Below are positions 38,643 through 49,063 of a DNA stretch of 64,000 nucleotides, one piece after another. The notes beneath the pieces are model-generated. The model did not search any database, had not been told where the DNA came from, and saw only the letters and a list, made by a program, of their open reading frames with translations. Positions within the stretch are counted from its first letter, which is position 1. The number at the start of each line of letters is the position of its first letter. The position numbers and the translations under genes are program-made. Origin of the DNA: Armatimonadota bacterium (lineage in GTDB: Bacteria; Armatimonadota; HRBIN16); contig OY781964.1 of NCBI GenBank assembly GCA_963677485.1, forward strand, positions 3,776,001-3,840,000. The letters are read 5' to 3'.

Positions 38643-38973
38643 AGGCACTTGGGCTGAGGAAGCCGCCTGCCGCTACCTGCAGGCAAGGGGACTGGTTATT
38701 CTTCAACGCAACTGGAAGAGCGGCCATTTTGAGGTTGATATCATCGCCCATGACGATGAGTTGATTGTGTTTGTGGAAGTGAAGCAGCGCGAAATGAGCT
38801 TTTTCGGACGGCCCAGTGAAGCGGTCAATATATCCAAACGGCAGCGTCTTGTTTCAGCAGCCGAGCAATACCTTGCGCTTTTCGCGCCAGAAGCAAATGG
38901 GCGGATGGATATTGTTGAAATCTTCGGCACCGAGGGGAACCACCGCATAAACTGGATACCTGAGGCGTTTTAA
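38629..38973 (+). CDS. yraN: YraN (UPF0102) family protein
   Basis: GxxAE..A..YL, RNW....EVDII, FVEVK; typical synteny. Confidence 0.88.
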   Translation: MAARKGTWAEEAACRYLQARGLVILQRNWKSGHFEVDIIAHDDELIVFVEVKQREMSFFGRPSEAVNISKRQRLVSAAEQYLALFAPEANGRMDIVEIFGTEGNHRINWIPEAF

Positions 38974-39011
38974 TATTAGAGATTGCTGGGGCTTGGCCGT
39001 TCGCATCAAGC

Positions 39012-39136
39012 GTTGCCAATGTCCGCGCCGGTCGGGTGGTTAGCCCCTCAGGTTTGGTATCGCGAACAAGACCGGCGCGGTCTGTAGCTAGTGGTGATCA
39101 CGAGTGTACTGACAGACCGCCCCGGACATAGCCAAC
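39012..39136 (-). mobile_element. Inverted, internally deleted (125 bp) copy of the 170-bp element
   Basis: Reverse strand reads arm1-arm2, then an arm3/arm4 hybrid GACCGGCGCGGACATTGGCAAC. Confidence 0.8.
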
Positions 39137-39167
39137 ACTATACTCTCAAAACCAAGGCTCGCCTGCG

Positions 39168-40106
39168 TTACTCTCCCGAGGTCTGCTCGCGGTCGACCAC
39201 AGCCTGAAGGGCGGTCAGCGCCACTTCGATCTGGTCTTCGCTGGGTTCGCGGGTGGTGATGAGCTGGCTGGCTAATCCAGGCGCGACCATAATCCGTGCC
39301 CACAAGTGCTGTCGGTATCGACCGGCTAACTTAATGATCTCGTAGCTGATCCCTGCCACGACAGGCATCAACGCTAAGTGGTACAGGATTCGCAGCGGTA
39401 ATATCGGACGCCCTAAGAACGAGAAGACCACAACGCTGACCATCAGCACTACCACGATAAAACTCGTGCCACATCGGGGGTGGATGCGGGTCTGCTTAAG
39501 TGCGTGTTCCATATCCAGCGGTTCTCCGGCTTCCCAGGTGTTGATCGCTTTGTGTTCGGCACCATGGTATTCAAAAACTCGTTTGATTTCCGCCATACGG
39601 CTGATCAGGCCGATGTACAACATAAAGATGATTACCTTGACTATACCGTCCAGCAGATTTAGTATGAGTGACTTCAGCACGGGTGCTTGCTTGATGACAC
39701 CCTTGAGCAGCTCTGTGAGTGACGTCGGTATGACCACAAACAACAACATTCCAAAAACTAGGCCGAGGATCAGTGTGCCGGTGACGGCAATGTCATTGAT
39801 GGCGTTCTTGGGTTTCGATGGCGCTTCCTGCTGCTGCGCCTCTTCCTCCAATTGAATGTTGGCGGAAAACCGCAGTGCTTTGGTGCCGAGTGCCATGGCG
39901 TCGATCAGGGCGAACATGCCTCTCAAAAAGGGCCGCTTCATCCACGAGAGTTTGGATATCCACGAAAGGTTGAGATCCTCCGTGTCGAGTGCGATGCTGC
40001 CATCTGGCTTTCGGCAGGCGACCGCAAACACATGAAGACCGCGCATCATCACGCCCTCTATAATCGCCTGACCGCCATACGGTGGACGGTTGTTTTGCTC
40101 TGACAT
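39168..40106 (-). CDS. DUF1385 membrane protein
   Basis: GGQAIIEGVMM, YHGAEHK, HPRCGTSF, TTREP; downstream of rpmE. Confidence 0.88.
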   Translation of the reverse strand: MSEQNNRPPYGGQAIIEGVMMRGLHVFAVACRKPDGSIALDTEDLNLSWISKLSWMKRPFLRGMFALIDAMALGTKALRFSANIQLEEEAQQQEAPSKPKNAINDIAVTGTLILGLVFGMLLFVVIPTSLTELLKGVIKQAPVLKSLILNLLDGIVKVIIFMLYIGLISRMAEIKRVFEYHGAEHKAINTWEAGEPLDMEHALKQTRIHPRCGTSFIVVVLMVSVVVFSFLGRPILPLRILYHLALMPVVAGISYEIIKLAGRYRQHLWARIMVAPGLASQLITTREPSEDQIEVALTALQAVVDREQTSGE

Positions 40107-40138
40107 ACGGTACCTCCATGTGGAATCTAAAAACAGAA

Positions 40139-40168
40139 ATGGGCGAGAGCGTATACGCTCCCGCCCAT
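40139..40168 (-). terminator. Intrinsic terminator after rpmE
   Basis: GC-rich hairpin followed by TTCTGTTTTT on the minus strand. Confidence 0.65.
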
Positions 40169-40194
40169 AAACTCTTGTGGCTGGGTAGAAGAGA

Positions 40195-40404
40195 CTACTT
40201 GTCCTGCTTCATACCGTAGCGCTTCATGAACTTTTCGACGCGTCCTGCGGTGTCCATCAGTTTGGACTTGCCGGTGAAGAACGGATGGCAATTGGCGCAG
40301 ATTTCAACGCGGATCTCAGGGGTCAAGCTGTGCGTCTGGAATGTGTTGCCACATGCGCAGGAAACTTGACAAATAATATATTCTGGGTGAATACCGGCCT
40401 TCAT
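40195..40404 (-). CDS. rpmE: 50S ribosomal protein bL31 (Zn-binding type)
   Basis: [29 protein letters not shown]. Confidence 0.96.
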   Translation of the reverse strand: MKAGIHPEYIICQVSCACGNTFQTHSLTPEIRVEICANCHPFFTGKSKLMDTAGRVEKFMKRYGMKQDK

Positions 40405-40455
40405 AGTCTATCTCCTATACCTGGTACGTACACTCATGCGGCGCACGCATTGAGT

Positions 40456-40464
40456 ATTATACCA
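40456..40464 (-). promoter_or_regulatory. Extended -10 promoter of rpmE
   Basis: TGgTATAAT on the minus strand. Confidence 0.55.
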
Positions 40465-40474
40465 TGTTTCTAGT

Positions 40475-43159
40475 TCACGCGTTATTTGTAGTCAGCTTGT
40501 TGATGACCATCTGCAGAATGCCTCCACTGCGGAAGTAGTCCACCTCAGCCGGGGTGTCTATGCGCACCAGCACGTTGAATGTCTTGACTGAGCCGTCGGT
40601 CTGCTTAGCCTTCATGGCAAGTTGGATTTTGGGTGCCAGCTGGCTGAGACCACAGATGCTGTAGCTCTCTGTGCCTGTTAGTCCCAAGCTTTCCCGATTC
40701 TGTCCAGCAAGGAACTGCACCGGAAGGATGCCCATACCGATCAGGTTGCTGCGGTGGATGCGCTCGAAGCTCTCCGCCAGTGCGAGTTTCATACCAAGAA
40801 GGAACGGGCCTTTCGCGGCCCAGTCTCGGGAGCTGCCCGTGCCATATTCCTTACCGGCAATCACCATCAGCGGTGTACCGGCCTGCTGGTAGGCCATCGC
40901 GACATCAAAGATGGGGGCTTGCGAGCCATCTGGCATCATCGAGTAACCGCCCTCCACACCGTCAAGCAGTTGGTTCTTGATGCGGATGTTGGCAAAGGTG
41001 CCCCTCATCATCACGTTGTGATTGCCTCGGCGGGAACCGTAGCTGTTGAAGTTTGCTGGTATCACGCCTAAGCTCTGGAGGTAGACCCCGGCAGGGGTGC
41101 TGGCGGCGAAGGATCCGGCGGGCGAGATGTGGTCGGTGGTGATGCTGTCACCAAATACCGCAAGCGGTCTCAGGTTGTTGATGGAGTCTTGCGTGTTACC
41201 TTCGGCATTCAGGAAATAGGGTGGTTCCTGTATGTAAGTGCTGCTTGAGTCCCACTGGTATACATCACCAGTGGGGGCCTGCAGCGCCTGCCAGAACTCG
41301 TCACCAAGGAACACCTTGGCATATTCATCTTCAAAGAGTTCGCGACGCACACTCGACGCGCAGGCATCGCTGATCTCCTTCTGGCTGGGCCAGATGTCTT
41401 TCAGGTAGAAGGCCTGGCCGTCACTGCCCATCCCAATGGGCTCTGTCAGCAAGTCAACCGTTACATTTCCGGCCAAAGCATAGGCAACCACCAGCAGAGG
41501 GCTTGCCAGGTAGTTGGCGCGGGTGTGCGGGCTGACGCGGCCTTCGAAATTGCGGTTGCCGCTGAGCACACTGGCGGCTACGATGCCTTTCGCTTTGATC
41601 GCATCCACAATCTCAGCGGCAAGCGGGCCGCTGTTGCCGATGCAGGTGGCGCAGCCGTAGCCCACCACATTGAAGCCAAGAGCATCCAGAGCTGGCATCA
41701 CACCGGCCGCTTTCAGATACTCGGTGACCGCGCGTGATCCTGGCGTGAGGCTGGTCTTGACCCATGGTTTGGTCTTCAAGCCCAGCGCCAGAGCCTTCTG
41801 AGCCAGCAAACCTGCTCCCACTAGCCCGCTGGGGTTACTGGTGTTGGTGCAACTGGTGATGGCTGCGATGACCACATCACCATGACGCATTTTGTATCCC
41901 TGGCCGGCGACCTCAGATATATCGGCAAGGTGCTCTTCTGCCAGCTCAAAACCGCGCTCTTTGACAGGGGCCGTGAGGGCCTTCTCAAATTCGATCTTCA
42001 TACCGGCGAGTTCCACACGGTCTTGCGGGCGTTTTGGCCCAGCGAGGCTGGGTTTGACGCTGCTGAGGTCGAGCTCTGCCACCTGAGTGTATACGGGCTC
42101 GGGCGAATCAGCGGTGACAAACAAACCCTGGGCACGGAAATAGGCTTCCGCGATCTGACAGGTCTGTTCAGGCCGTCCGGTCTGCCGCATATAGCTGATG
42201 GTCTGCTCATCGACCGGGAAATAGCCCATGGTGGCACCATATTCGGGGGCCATATTGGCGATGGTGGCGCGGTCTGCCAGGCTGAGTGAGCTCAATCCAG
42301 AACCAAAGAACTCTACGAATTTCCCAACTACATTGAGCTTGCGCAGCATCTCCACGATGGTGAGCACCAGGTCGGTAGCGGTGGTGCCTTCGGTCAGCGA
42401 ACCAGTCAACCGAACTCCCACCACATCAGGGCAGGGCATCACATAATGCTGGCCCAGCATCACCGCTTCGGCTTCGATGCCGCCCACACCCCAGCCCATC
42501 ACGCCCAGGCCGTTGATCATAGTGGTATGGCTGTCTGTGCCGATGCAGGTGTCCGGGTAGAGCATATGCTGGCCATTTGTGACCGTATCATGCACCAGTG
42601 GGCTCAGGAATTCGAGGTTGACCTGGTGGCAGATGCCCATACCTGGCGGTACGATGCGCACATTCTGAAAGGCGGTTTGCGCCCACTTCAGGAAGCGGTA
42701 ACGCTCGGAGTTCCGCTCATACTCTTTGGAGACATTGGCGGTGTAGGCCTCATTCGATCCAAATTCGTCTACCTGCAGCGAATGGTCAATGACCAGGTCC
42801 ACAGGCACCAGCGGATTTATCTTCAGAGGGTCGTCACCGCGGCGGGCCACCTCACTCCGCATCGCGGCCAGGTCTACCATGGCCGGCACACCGGTGAAGT
42901 CCTGCATCAGCACTCTGGCGGGCATGAAGGGGATTTCATCGGGGGCATTTGGAGTCCCCCAGGCTGCTAATTGCGTCACAGCATCAGATGAGATGGTGCC
43001 GAGGTACTCACTGCGGAGCAGATTCTCCAACAATACCCGTATAGAATACGGCAGGTTGGTCACATATGGGTTATTTAAAGCCAGTTGTGGCAGGCTGAGA
43101 TACGCATATTGATTTCCATTAATATTCAGTAAATCAAGAAACTCGTTTGATTTATTCAT
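40475..43159 (-). CDS. acnA: Aconitate hydratase A
   Basis: QDFTGVP, DSHTTM, ITSCTNTSNP, GCATCIGNSG, TTDHISPAG, GSSRDWAAKG. Confidence 0.96.
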   Translation of the reverse strand: MNKSNEFLDLLNINGNQYAYLSLPQLALNNPYVTNLPYSIRVLLENLLRSEYLGTISSDAVTQLAAWGTPNAPDEIPFMPARVLMQDFTGVPAMVDLAAMRSEVARRGDDPLKINPLVPVDLVIDHSLQVDEFGSNEAYTANVSKEYERNSERYRFLKWAQTAFQNVRIVPPGMGICHQVNLEFLSPLVHDTVTNGQHMLYPDTCIGTDSHTTMINGLGVMGWGVGGIEAEAVMLGQHYVMPCPDVVGVRLTGSLTEGTTATDLVLTIVEMLRKLNVVGKFVEFFGSGLSSLSLADRATIANMAPEYGATMGYFPVDEQTISYMRQTGRPEQTCQIAEAYFRAQGLFVTADSPEPVYTQVAELDLSSVKPSLAGPKRPQDRVELAGMKIEFEKALTAPVKERGFELAEEHLADISEVAGQGYKMRHGDVVIAAITSCTNTSNPSGLVGAGLLAQKALALGLKTKPWVKTSLTPGSRAVTEYLKAAGVMPALDALGFNVVGYGCATCIGNSGPLAAEIVDAIKAKGIVAASVLSGNRNFEGRVSPHTRANYLASPLLVVAYALAGNVTVDLLTEPIGMGSDGQAFYLKDIWPSQKEISDACASSVRRELFEDEYAKVFLGDEFWQALQAPTGDVYQWDSSSTYIQEPPYFLNAEGNTQDSINNLRPLAVFGDSITTDHISPAGSFAASTPAGVYLQSLGVIPANFNSYGSRRGNHNVMMRGTFANIRIKNQLLDGVEGGYSMMPDGSQAPIFDVAMAYQQAGTPLMVIAGKEYGTGSSRDWAAKGPFLLGMKLALAESFERIHRSNLIGMGILPVQFLAGQNRESLGLTGTESYSICGLSQLAPKIQLAMKAKQTDGSVKTFNVLVRIDTPAEVDYFRSGGILQMVINKLTTNNA

Positions 43160-43419
43160 AGACGGCCTCCGATGATATATCAGTTTCGGTGCGATTTCAT
43201 TTTACCGGTGCGCCCGATGAGTGTCAAACGCCGTTAAAACCATTGATATTTGTGGAAATGCCCAAAAACACCCGCAAAATTACCAGAATATGGCTGATAT
43301 CGCGGTTTAGGGTAGAATATGTACACAATAAGATATTTGCCAGGTTGGAATGACACCCTTGATGGTGGAAGGTGAACACTTGGCCGCCAAGCAAGGGTTT
43401 CTTACATCCAAGGAGATGA

Positions 43420-43983
43420 ATGATGAAGGTTGAAGTGGGCGAGAAGGCTCATGATCTGCAACTAATGGACTTTCATGGTGATGCTGTTCAATTAAGCTCA
43501 CTGTGGGCTAATACGCCGGTCATGTTGTTTTTTCACCGTCATCTGGGCAGTATATTTGCCAAACAGGCGTTCAAACGACTCGACTGCAGTGTGGGACAAC
43601 TAGAAACCCACGGTGTTCGCCTGGTATCCATAGTGCCTGCTTCGGCGGCTGATGCCTGCGCATACTGCACTGAAGGCGACTTTTGGCATACGTGTCTTGC
43701 TGATGCCAAACTCAATTGTTACCGTGCTTATGGTGTTGGAAACGCGAGTCTGCTTCAGATGATTGGGCCCCAAACACTCCGTAGCTATAAAGAGGCTGTC
43801 ACCCGCGGATACCGGCAGTCTATGCGGCCTATCGGCCACGCGTTTGTGATGCCTGCTGTGGTTGTAGTCGATACAGATGGGGTCATTACCGCCATCCGTT
43901 ATAGCAAACATGCGGGTGACATTCCGTCAGTCAGCGAACTATTACAAATGGTGAGCGGTATTTCTCAATCCCCTTCCAGTTGA
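43420..43983 (+). CDS. AhpC/TSA-2 (peroxiredoxin-like) protein lacking the canonical CxxC
   Basis: V.LSSLW...PVMLFFHRHLGSIFAKQ, LAD....YRAYG, MPAVVVVD..G; AAGGAG SD. Confidence 0.7.
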   Translation: MMKVEVGEKAHDLQLMDFHGDAVQLSSLWANTPVMLFFHRHLGSIFAKQAFKRLDCSVGQLETHGVRLVSIVPASAADACAYCTEGDFWHTCLADAKLNCYRAYGVGNASLLQMIGPQTLRSYKEAVTRGYRQSMRPIGHAFVMPAVVVVDTDGVITAIRYSKHAGDIPSVSELLQMVSGISQSPSS

Positions 43984-44008
43984 CAATGGTACAGATGCGT
44001 CATACAAT
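43980..44008 (+). promoter_or_regulatory. sigma70 promoter of the recG operon
   Basis: TTGACA-N17-TACAAT. Confidence 0.75.
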
Positions 44009-44044
44009 ACAGCCGATAGCCTGAGCGAAGGAGTGTTGTCATAA

Positions 44045-46159
44045 GTGTCTGACCCTAGAAGCCCGTCACCTTCAGCAACCTCGACTCGGAGGTTGTCGCT
44101 GTCAGACAAGGTTCAATATCTGCGCGGTGTGGGCGAAGCTCTGGCTGTGAAGTTCCGCAAGCTGCAGATTGAGACCGTATTTGACCTATTGATGCATATC
44201 CCGAGCCGGTATGAGGATCGCTCTCATCTGCGGCGGCTGGCGGATGTCGTCGTCGGTGAAAACAACACCGTTAAGGGCCGTTTGATAGCGGTCGAAAACA
44301 GCGAAACAAAGCGCGGTTTCAAGATCACCCGAGCAGTGATCAATGATGGTTCAGGCTCACTTGAGCTGGTGTGGTTCAATCAGCCGTATATGCGTGACAC
44401 TCTTTGGAAAAAGAAAGAACGCGAACTTGTCGTTTACGGCATGGTGCAGCAGGGCAGCTATTACTGGCAGATGAATACTCCCGAATGGGAGGAACTGATC
44501 GAAGACGACCCCCAGTCGCAACTGCGAATCGTGCCTGTTTACCCTTCAACGGACGGGCTGCAGCAGGCCCGCATCCGGCTTGCTACCAGCAACGCTTTGA
44601 CGCTTTACCGCGATGTGATTGCTGAATACCTGCCTGGACCGATCATAGCAAGACGCGGTTTGATGCCGCCCTTACAAGCCTTACTCCAGATTCACTATCC
44701 AGAAAACCTGAATGATGTAGACGCTGCCCGTAATCGGCTGGTATACGATGAGTTCTTTACATTACAGTCGTATCTCGCTTTACAGCAGCAGAATGTCAAA
44801 CTGCGGCATAAAAACCCATTTACCATTGACACCCCGAAACTCAACGAACGCCTTACCCAGATGCTGCCATTCAAGCTGACCGATGCGCAACGCAGGGTGA
44901 TGGGCGAGATATGGGCCGATATGCAGCGTGACGTGCCGATGAACCGGCTGCTGCAGGGTGATGTGGGTTCAGGCAAGACGGTGGTGGCCGCCTCTGCCAT
45001 GTTGGCATGTATAGAGAATGGGCGGCAGGCAGCGATCATGGCCCCGACCGAGATACTCGCTGAGCAGCATTTCATCGGGCTCTGTCGGCTGTTTGCCAAG
45101 AGCGGCGTAGTGGTCGACTTGGCAGTGGGTAGTTTAACTTCAACCCGTAAGAAGGCCTTCCGCGAACGGTTGGCACAGGGTGTTTCACAGATTGTGGTGG
45201 GCACTCATGCCTTAATTCAAGAGGGTGTCGATTTCCGCAGCCTGGGGTTAGTGATCATCGACGAGCAGCACCGATTTGGTGTTCTGCAGCGCGCAGCTTT
45301 GATGAATAAGGGCGAAAACCCCGATGTGCTGGTGATGACGGCGACACCGATACCTCGAACGCTGACGATGACTGTCTATGGCGACCTTGATCTATCTGTG
45401 ATCGACCAGATGCCGGCGGGACGCAAGCCGATCAAGACGCACATGAAGTGGCATACCCAGCGGACCGAGGTCTACGAGGCTTTACGGAAGCTGTTGCAGA
45501 CCAAACGACAGGCCTACGTGGTGTGCCCGCTGGTGCAGGAGTCAGACAAACTTCAAAAGCAGGCCGCGGAAGCACTGGCTGTGGAGCTTCAAACCGAAAT
45601 ACTCCCGGAGTTCAAGATAGGACTGCTGCACGGGCAGTTGAAACAAAAAGACAAAGAGCTAGTGATGGAGGAGTTCCGCACTGGCTTGATCGATGTGTTG
45701 GTGTCGACAACCGTGATTGAAGTGGGAGTGGATGTGCCGAACGCCACCGTGATGGTGGTTGAAGACGCCGAACGGTTTGGCTTGGCTCAGCTTCACCAAC
45801 TGCGGGGTAGAGTAGGGCGTGGTGAGCATCAAAGCTATTGCATACTCGTCACTGAATCCAACTCAGAGGTGGCTCGGGAACGGCTGGATGTTTTGGTCAA
45901 GACGAACGATGGCTTCATCATTGCCGAACAAGACTTACGGATCCGAGGGCCTGGTGAGTTAACTGGAACACGTCAGAGCGGTGTGCCAACACTGCGAATC
46001 GCCAACATTTTGGAAGACCAACTCATGTTGATGTGTGCTCGTGAAGATGCGTTTGAACTGATCGCGTCTGACCCTCAGTTGGCACAGACACAGAACCAGG
46101 GCGTAAAATGGATGCTGGAACAACGGGCAGACCGGGCACAGTTGGCATCTGTCAGCTAA
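44045..46159 (+). CDS. recG: ATP-dependent DNA helicase RecG
   Basis: LQGDVGSGKT, DEQH, TATPIPRT, QLRGRVGR. Confidence 0.96.
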   Translation: MSDPRSPSPSATSTRRLSLSDKVQYLRGVGEALAVKFRKLQIETVFDLLMHIPSRYEDRSHLRRLADVVVGENNTVKGRLIAVENSETKRGFKITRAVINDGSGSLELVWFNQPYMRDTLWKKKERELVVYGMVQQGSYYWQMNTPEWEELIEDDPQSQLRIVPVYPSTDGLQQARIRLATSNALTLYRDVIAEYLPGPIIARRGLMPPLQALLQIHYPENLNDVDAARNRLVYDEFFTLQSYLALQQQNVKLRHKNPFTIDTPKLNERLTQMLPFKLTDAQRRVMGEIWADMQRDVPMNRLLQGDVGSGKTVVAASAMLACIENGRQAAIMAPTEILAEQHFIGLCRLFAKSGVVVDLAVGSLTSTRKKAFRERLAQGVSQIVVGTHALIQEGVDFRSLGLVIIDEQHRFGVLQRAALMNKGENPDVLVMTATPIPRTLTMTVYGDLDLSVIDQMPAGRKPIKTHMKWHTQRTEVYEALRKLLQTKRQAYVVCPLVQESDKLQKQAAEALAVELQTEILPEFKIGLLHGQLKQKDKELVMEEFRTGLIDVLVSTTVIEVGVDVPNATVMVVEDAERFGLAQLHQLRGRVGRGEHQSYCILVTESNSEVARERLDVLVKTNDGFIIAEQDLRIRGPGELTGTRQSGVPTLRIANILEDQLMLMCAREDAFELIASDPQLAQTQNQGVKWMLEQRADRAQLASVS

Positions 46160-46186
46160 TCACAATATACTTCATAAAGGTATACC

Positions 46187-46687
46187 ATGAAAAAAGGAAT
46201 ATATCCCGGATCTTTTGATCCGGTGACTAATGGGCATCTTGACATCATAAAGCGCAGCGCGCAGCTTTTCGATACACTAATAGTAGCTGTGGCACCTAAC
46301 TCCTCAAAAACGCCGTTATTCAGCGTATATGAGCGAGAAAGGCTTCTTTCTGAAGCGTGTGCTGAGATACCCAATGTGCAGATTGAACATTTCGATGGAT
46401 TATTGGTTGACTATGCTGTGAAAAGCGGCTGCCATGTGATCATCAAAGGTCTGCGTGCGGTCAGCGATTTCGAATACGAGCTTCAGATGGCACTTACCAA
46501 CGCACGGCTATGTCCGGAAGTGGAGACTGTATTCATGATGACATCATCTGAGTATCTTTTCTTGGCTTCTAATATCGTGAAAGAGATAGCAAGGTTGGGC
46601 GGTAGTGTAAGCGGGCTGGTGCCGTCCGCAGTCGAACCCTTGCTCTACGCTAAATTCACATCGGTGCAGCAAGAACCGGAGGACTAA
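46187..46687 (+). CDS. coaD: Phosphopantetheine adenylyltransferase
   Basis: YPGSFDPVTNGH, GLRAVSDFEYE. Confidence 0.96.
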   Translation: MKKGIYPGSFDPVTNGHLDIIKRSAQLFDTLIVAVAPNSSKTPLFSVYERERLLSEACAEIPNVQIEHFDGLLVDYAVKSGCHVIIKGLRAVSDFEYELQMALTNARLCPEVETVFMMTSSEYLFLASNIVKEIARLGGSVSGLVPSAVEPLLYAKFTSVQQEPED

Positions 46688-46688
46688 T

Positions 46689-47192
46689 ATGGCTGAAAAA
46701 TACGAAACCCTCGGTATTATCGAGAACCTGAAAGAAATGCTTGAAGGTGCTCGCCACTTCATGGGTAACATGATCGTGCTTGGTCTTGATTTGGACGAAT
46801 GCTACGCCACACTTGAACGTTTGAAGGCGACGATACCCACAGAGATTCAAAAAGCTCAAAGCATAATACAGCGTCAAGATAGTATCACTCAGAACGCCAA
46901 TGATCACGCTCAGCATACCATTTCATTGGCACAGTCTCAAGCCCAGCAGATGGTAGATAATGCCTCTGCACAGGCGGCGGCCATGGTGGAGCAGAACACC
47001 ATTGTGGCACAAGCCATGGATCGAGCGAATCAAATCATAGCAGAAGCGGAAGCTAAATCCTACGATCTACGCACTGGAGCCGACGATTACGCTCGCGATG
47101 TTCTGAACCGTGTAGAGGAATATCTTGCTAAATCCCTTAGCACCGTGCAGCGTGGCAAGGAACAGCTAGGGCCTTCACAGCGGACTCGGTAA
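46689..47192 (+). CDS. Conserved coiled-coil protein usually found next to coaD (DivIVA/ATPase-b-like)
   Basis: Ala/Gln-rich coiled coil; GADDYA..VL; synteny. Confidence 0.7.
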   Translation: MAEKYETLGIIENLKEMLEGARHFMGNMIVLGLDLDECYATLERLKATIPTEIQKAQSIIQRQDSITQNANDHAQHTISLAQSQAQQMVDNASAQAAAMVEQNTIVAQAMDRANQIIAEAEAKSYDLRTGADDYARDVLNRVEEYLAKSLSTVQRGKEQLGPSQRTR

Positions 47193-47237
47193 CCGAGGCG
47201 CAGCAGAGACCATAATCGACGATACGGAGAAGATAGA

Positions 47238-48401
47238 TTGAAGATCCTAGTTATCAACTGCGGAAGCTCGTCTTTGAAATACCGCCTCTTTGAGGACGAT
47301 ATCGAGCTTGCCAAAGGCATGGTAGAACGCATTGGTCAGGCCGAAACACCTGATCACAATGTGGCCGTGGAGAAGATGTTCTCCCAGTTAACAGACCCAG
47401 GAAATCCAGCTAAGATAAGTGTCTCAGAAATAGAGGCCATCGGGCACCGCGTGCTTCATGGCGGTGAGTGGATGACCTCACCAGTCATTATCGACCGGGA
47501 TGTCATCAGCACCATTGATGCCTGTATTCCGCTTGGGCCGCTTCACAATCCGGCCAACCTGCAAGGCATACGCGCCTGCATCAAGCAAGCTCCTCATGCC
47601 ACCCAGGTTGCTGTTTTTGACACCGGATTCCACCAAACAATGCCCGACTATGTTTACACCTACCCCATTCCTGAAAATCTGCGAAAAGAACACGGTATCC
47701 GGAGATACGGGTTCCATGGAACCAGTCATTTCTATGTGTCCACCCGTATGGTAGACATACTGAAGAAAAATGAAGGCATCACGTCCGGCAGTAAGGTGGT
47801 ATGCTGCCATCTTGGTAATGGCTCCAGCATGGCTGCGATAGTGGATGGAAAGTGCGTGGATACTTCCATGGGGCTTACCCCGGCTGAAGGGCTGATGATG
47901 GGCACCCGGTGTGGAGACATCGACCCGGCTGTTTTGATCTACCTTCAGCGTACACAAGGCTGGGATGCAGACAAGCTGGACAAGCTGATTAACAAGCAGA
48001 GTGGACTGCTGGCGGTTGCTGGCGTGGTGGACATGCGCGATGTTGAAGACCGCTATATGGCTGGTGATCCTAAGGCACGTCTGGCATTTGATATATTCTG
48101 CTACCGCATTATCAAATATGTTGGTGCCTATGCTGCGGCAATGAACGGCCTTGATGCCATAGCGTTTACTGGCGGTATCGGTGAGAACAGTCCGTTAGTG
48201 CGCGACCGTGTCTGCGCCTCACTGTCATATATGGGCATAGTCATCGATAATGCCATCAACGAACCTCGCAGCAAACAGGAGCGCCGTATCAGCACACCTG
48301 AGAGCAAGGTGAAGGTATACGTGGTGCCGACAGACGAAGAACGCGTGATCGCACGTGAGACGATGCGGCTGACGAACGACAAGAAGGCTGTTCTCGCGTA
48401 A
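47238..48401 (+). CDS. ackA: Acetate kinase
   Basis: VINCGSSSLKY, GHRVLHGG, YGFHGTSH, FTGGIGEN. Confidence 0.95.
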   Translation: MKILVINCGSSSLKYRLFEDDIELAKGMVERIGQAETPDHNVAVEKMFSQLTDPGNPAKISVSEIEAIGHRVLHGGEWMTSPVIIDRDVISTIDACIPLGPLHNPANLQGIRACIKQAPHATQVAVFDTGFHQTMPDYVYTYPIPENLRKEHGIRRYGFHGTSHFYVSTRMVDILKKNEGITSGSKVVCCHLGNGSSMAAIVDGKCVDTSMGLTPAEGLMMGTRCGDIDPAVLIYLQRTQGWDADKLDKLINKQSGLLAVAGVVDMRDVEDRYMAGDPKARLAFDIFCYRIIKYVGAYAAAMNGLDAIAFTGGIGENSPLVRDRVCASLSYMGIVIDNAINEPRSKQERRISTPESKVKVYVVPTDEERVIARETMRLTNDKKAVLA

Positions 48402-48405
48402 AGCG

Positions 48406-48414
48406 TGATATAAT
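48406..48414 (+). promoter_or_regulatory. Extended -10 promoter of yceD-rpmF-plsX-fab
   Basis: TGaTATAAT. Confidence 0.55.
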
Positions 48415-48467
48415 AAACAGGCGTTTTTCGGATCGCTGAGTGATTTACAGCCCTTGGAGGTTCAGAT

Positions 48468-49043
48468 ATGAGGCTTGATCTCAATGAAGTTGTTCTGAAA
48501 CCAGGGGCTATTTACAACTACGAAGTGAATGAAGCCCCTGGCACGGTTCCTGAAATTGAGTTAGCAGCTCCGGTGACTGGCACCATTGCTTTCTCTAATA
48601 CAGGTGACTGTTTAGTGATACGCGGCCGGATCAAGGCCGATATCCTGCTGGAATGCAGCCGATGCCTGCGTCCGACAATCATCTCTACCTTGGTGGCTGT
48701 TGATGAAGCTGCTAATGTGGAGTACAGCGGAGGTCATGGGAACCCCACCTCTGCCAGGCTGAAGCCGATTGATGATGAAGATACATTGCTGTTTGAAGGC
48801 AACACTTTTGATCTTTCGGAGCTTCTGCGACAACTGCTGTTAATGGAAATTCCGCTGCAGCCGTTACATGCACCTGACTGCAAAGGGATTTGTCAGCGAT
48901 GTGGTGCAGACCTGAACGATGGGCCTTGCGATTGCACGGATGACGATGACGACGCACCGCTGCGCTGGACCGATCTCGCCAAACTGGCTTTGGATGCTAA
49001 AGAGCTGAAGCAGCTTGACGATGACGAAGATTTGAATTCATAA
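48468..49043 (+). CDS. yceD: DUF177/YceD family protein
   Basis: ECSRCL, DCKGICQRCGADLN..C.C; upstream of rpmF. Confidence 0.88.
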   Translation: MRLDLNEVVLKPGAIYNYEVNEAPGTVPEIELAAPVTGTIAFSNTGDCLVIRGRIKADILLECSRCLRPTIISTLVAVDEAANVEYSGGHGNPTSARLKPIDDEDTLLFEGNTFDLSELLRQLLLMEIPLQPLHAPDCKGICQRCGADLNDGPCDCTDDDDDAPLRWTDLAKLALDAKELKQLDDDEDLNS

Positions 49044-49063
49044 CCAACTGAGGAGATTATACA

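Noticed and set aside
43420-43983. Selenoprotein (UxxC) in the peroxiredoxin-like gene
   Set aside because: The codon at the expected site is AGT; there is no in-frame TGA.
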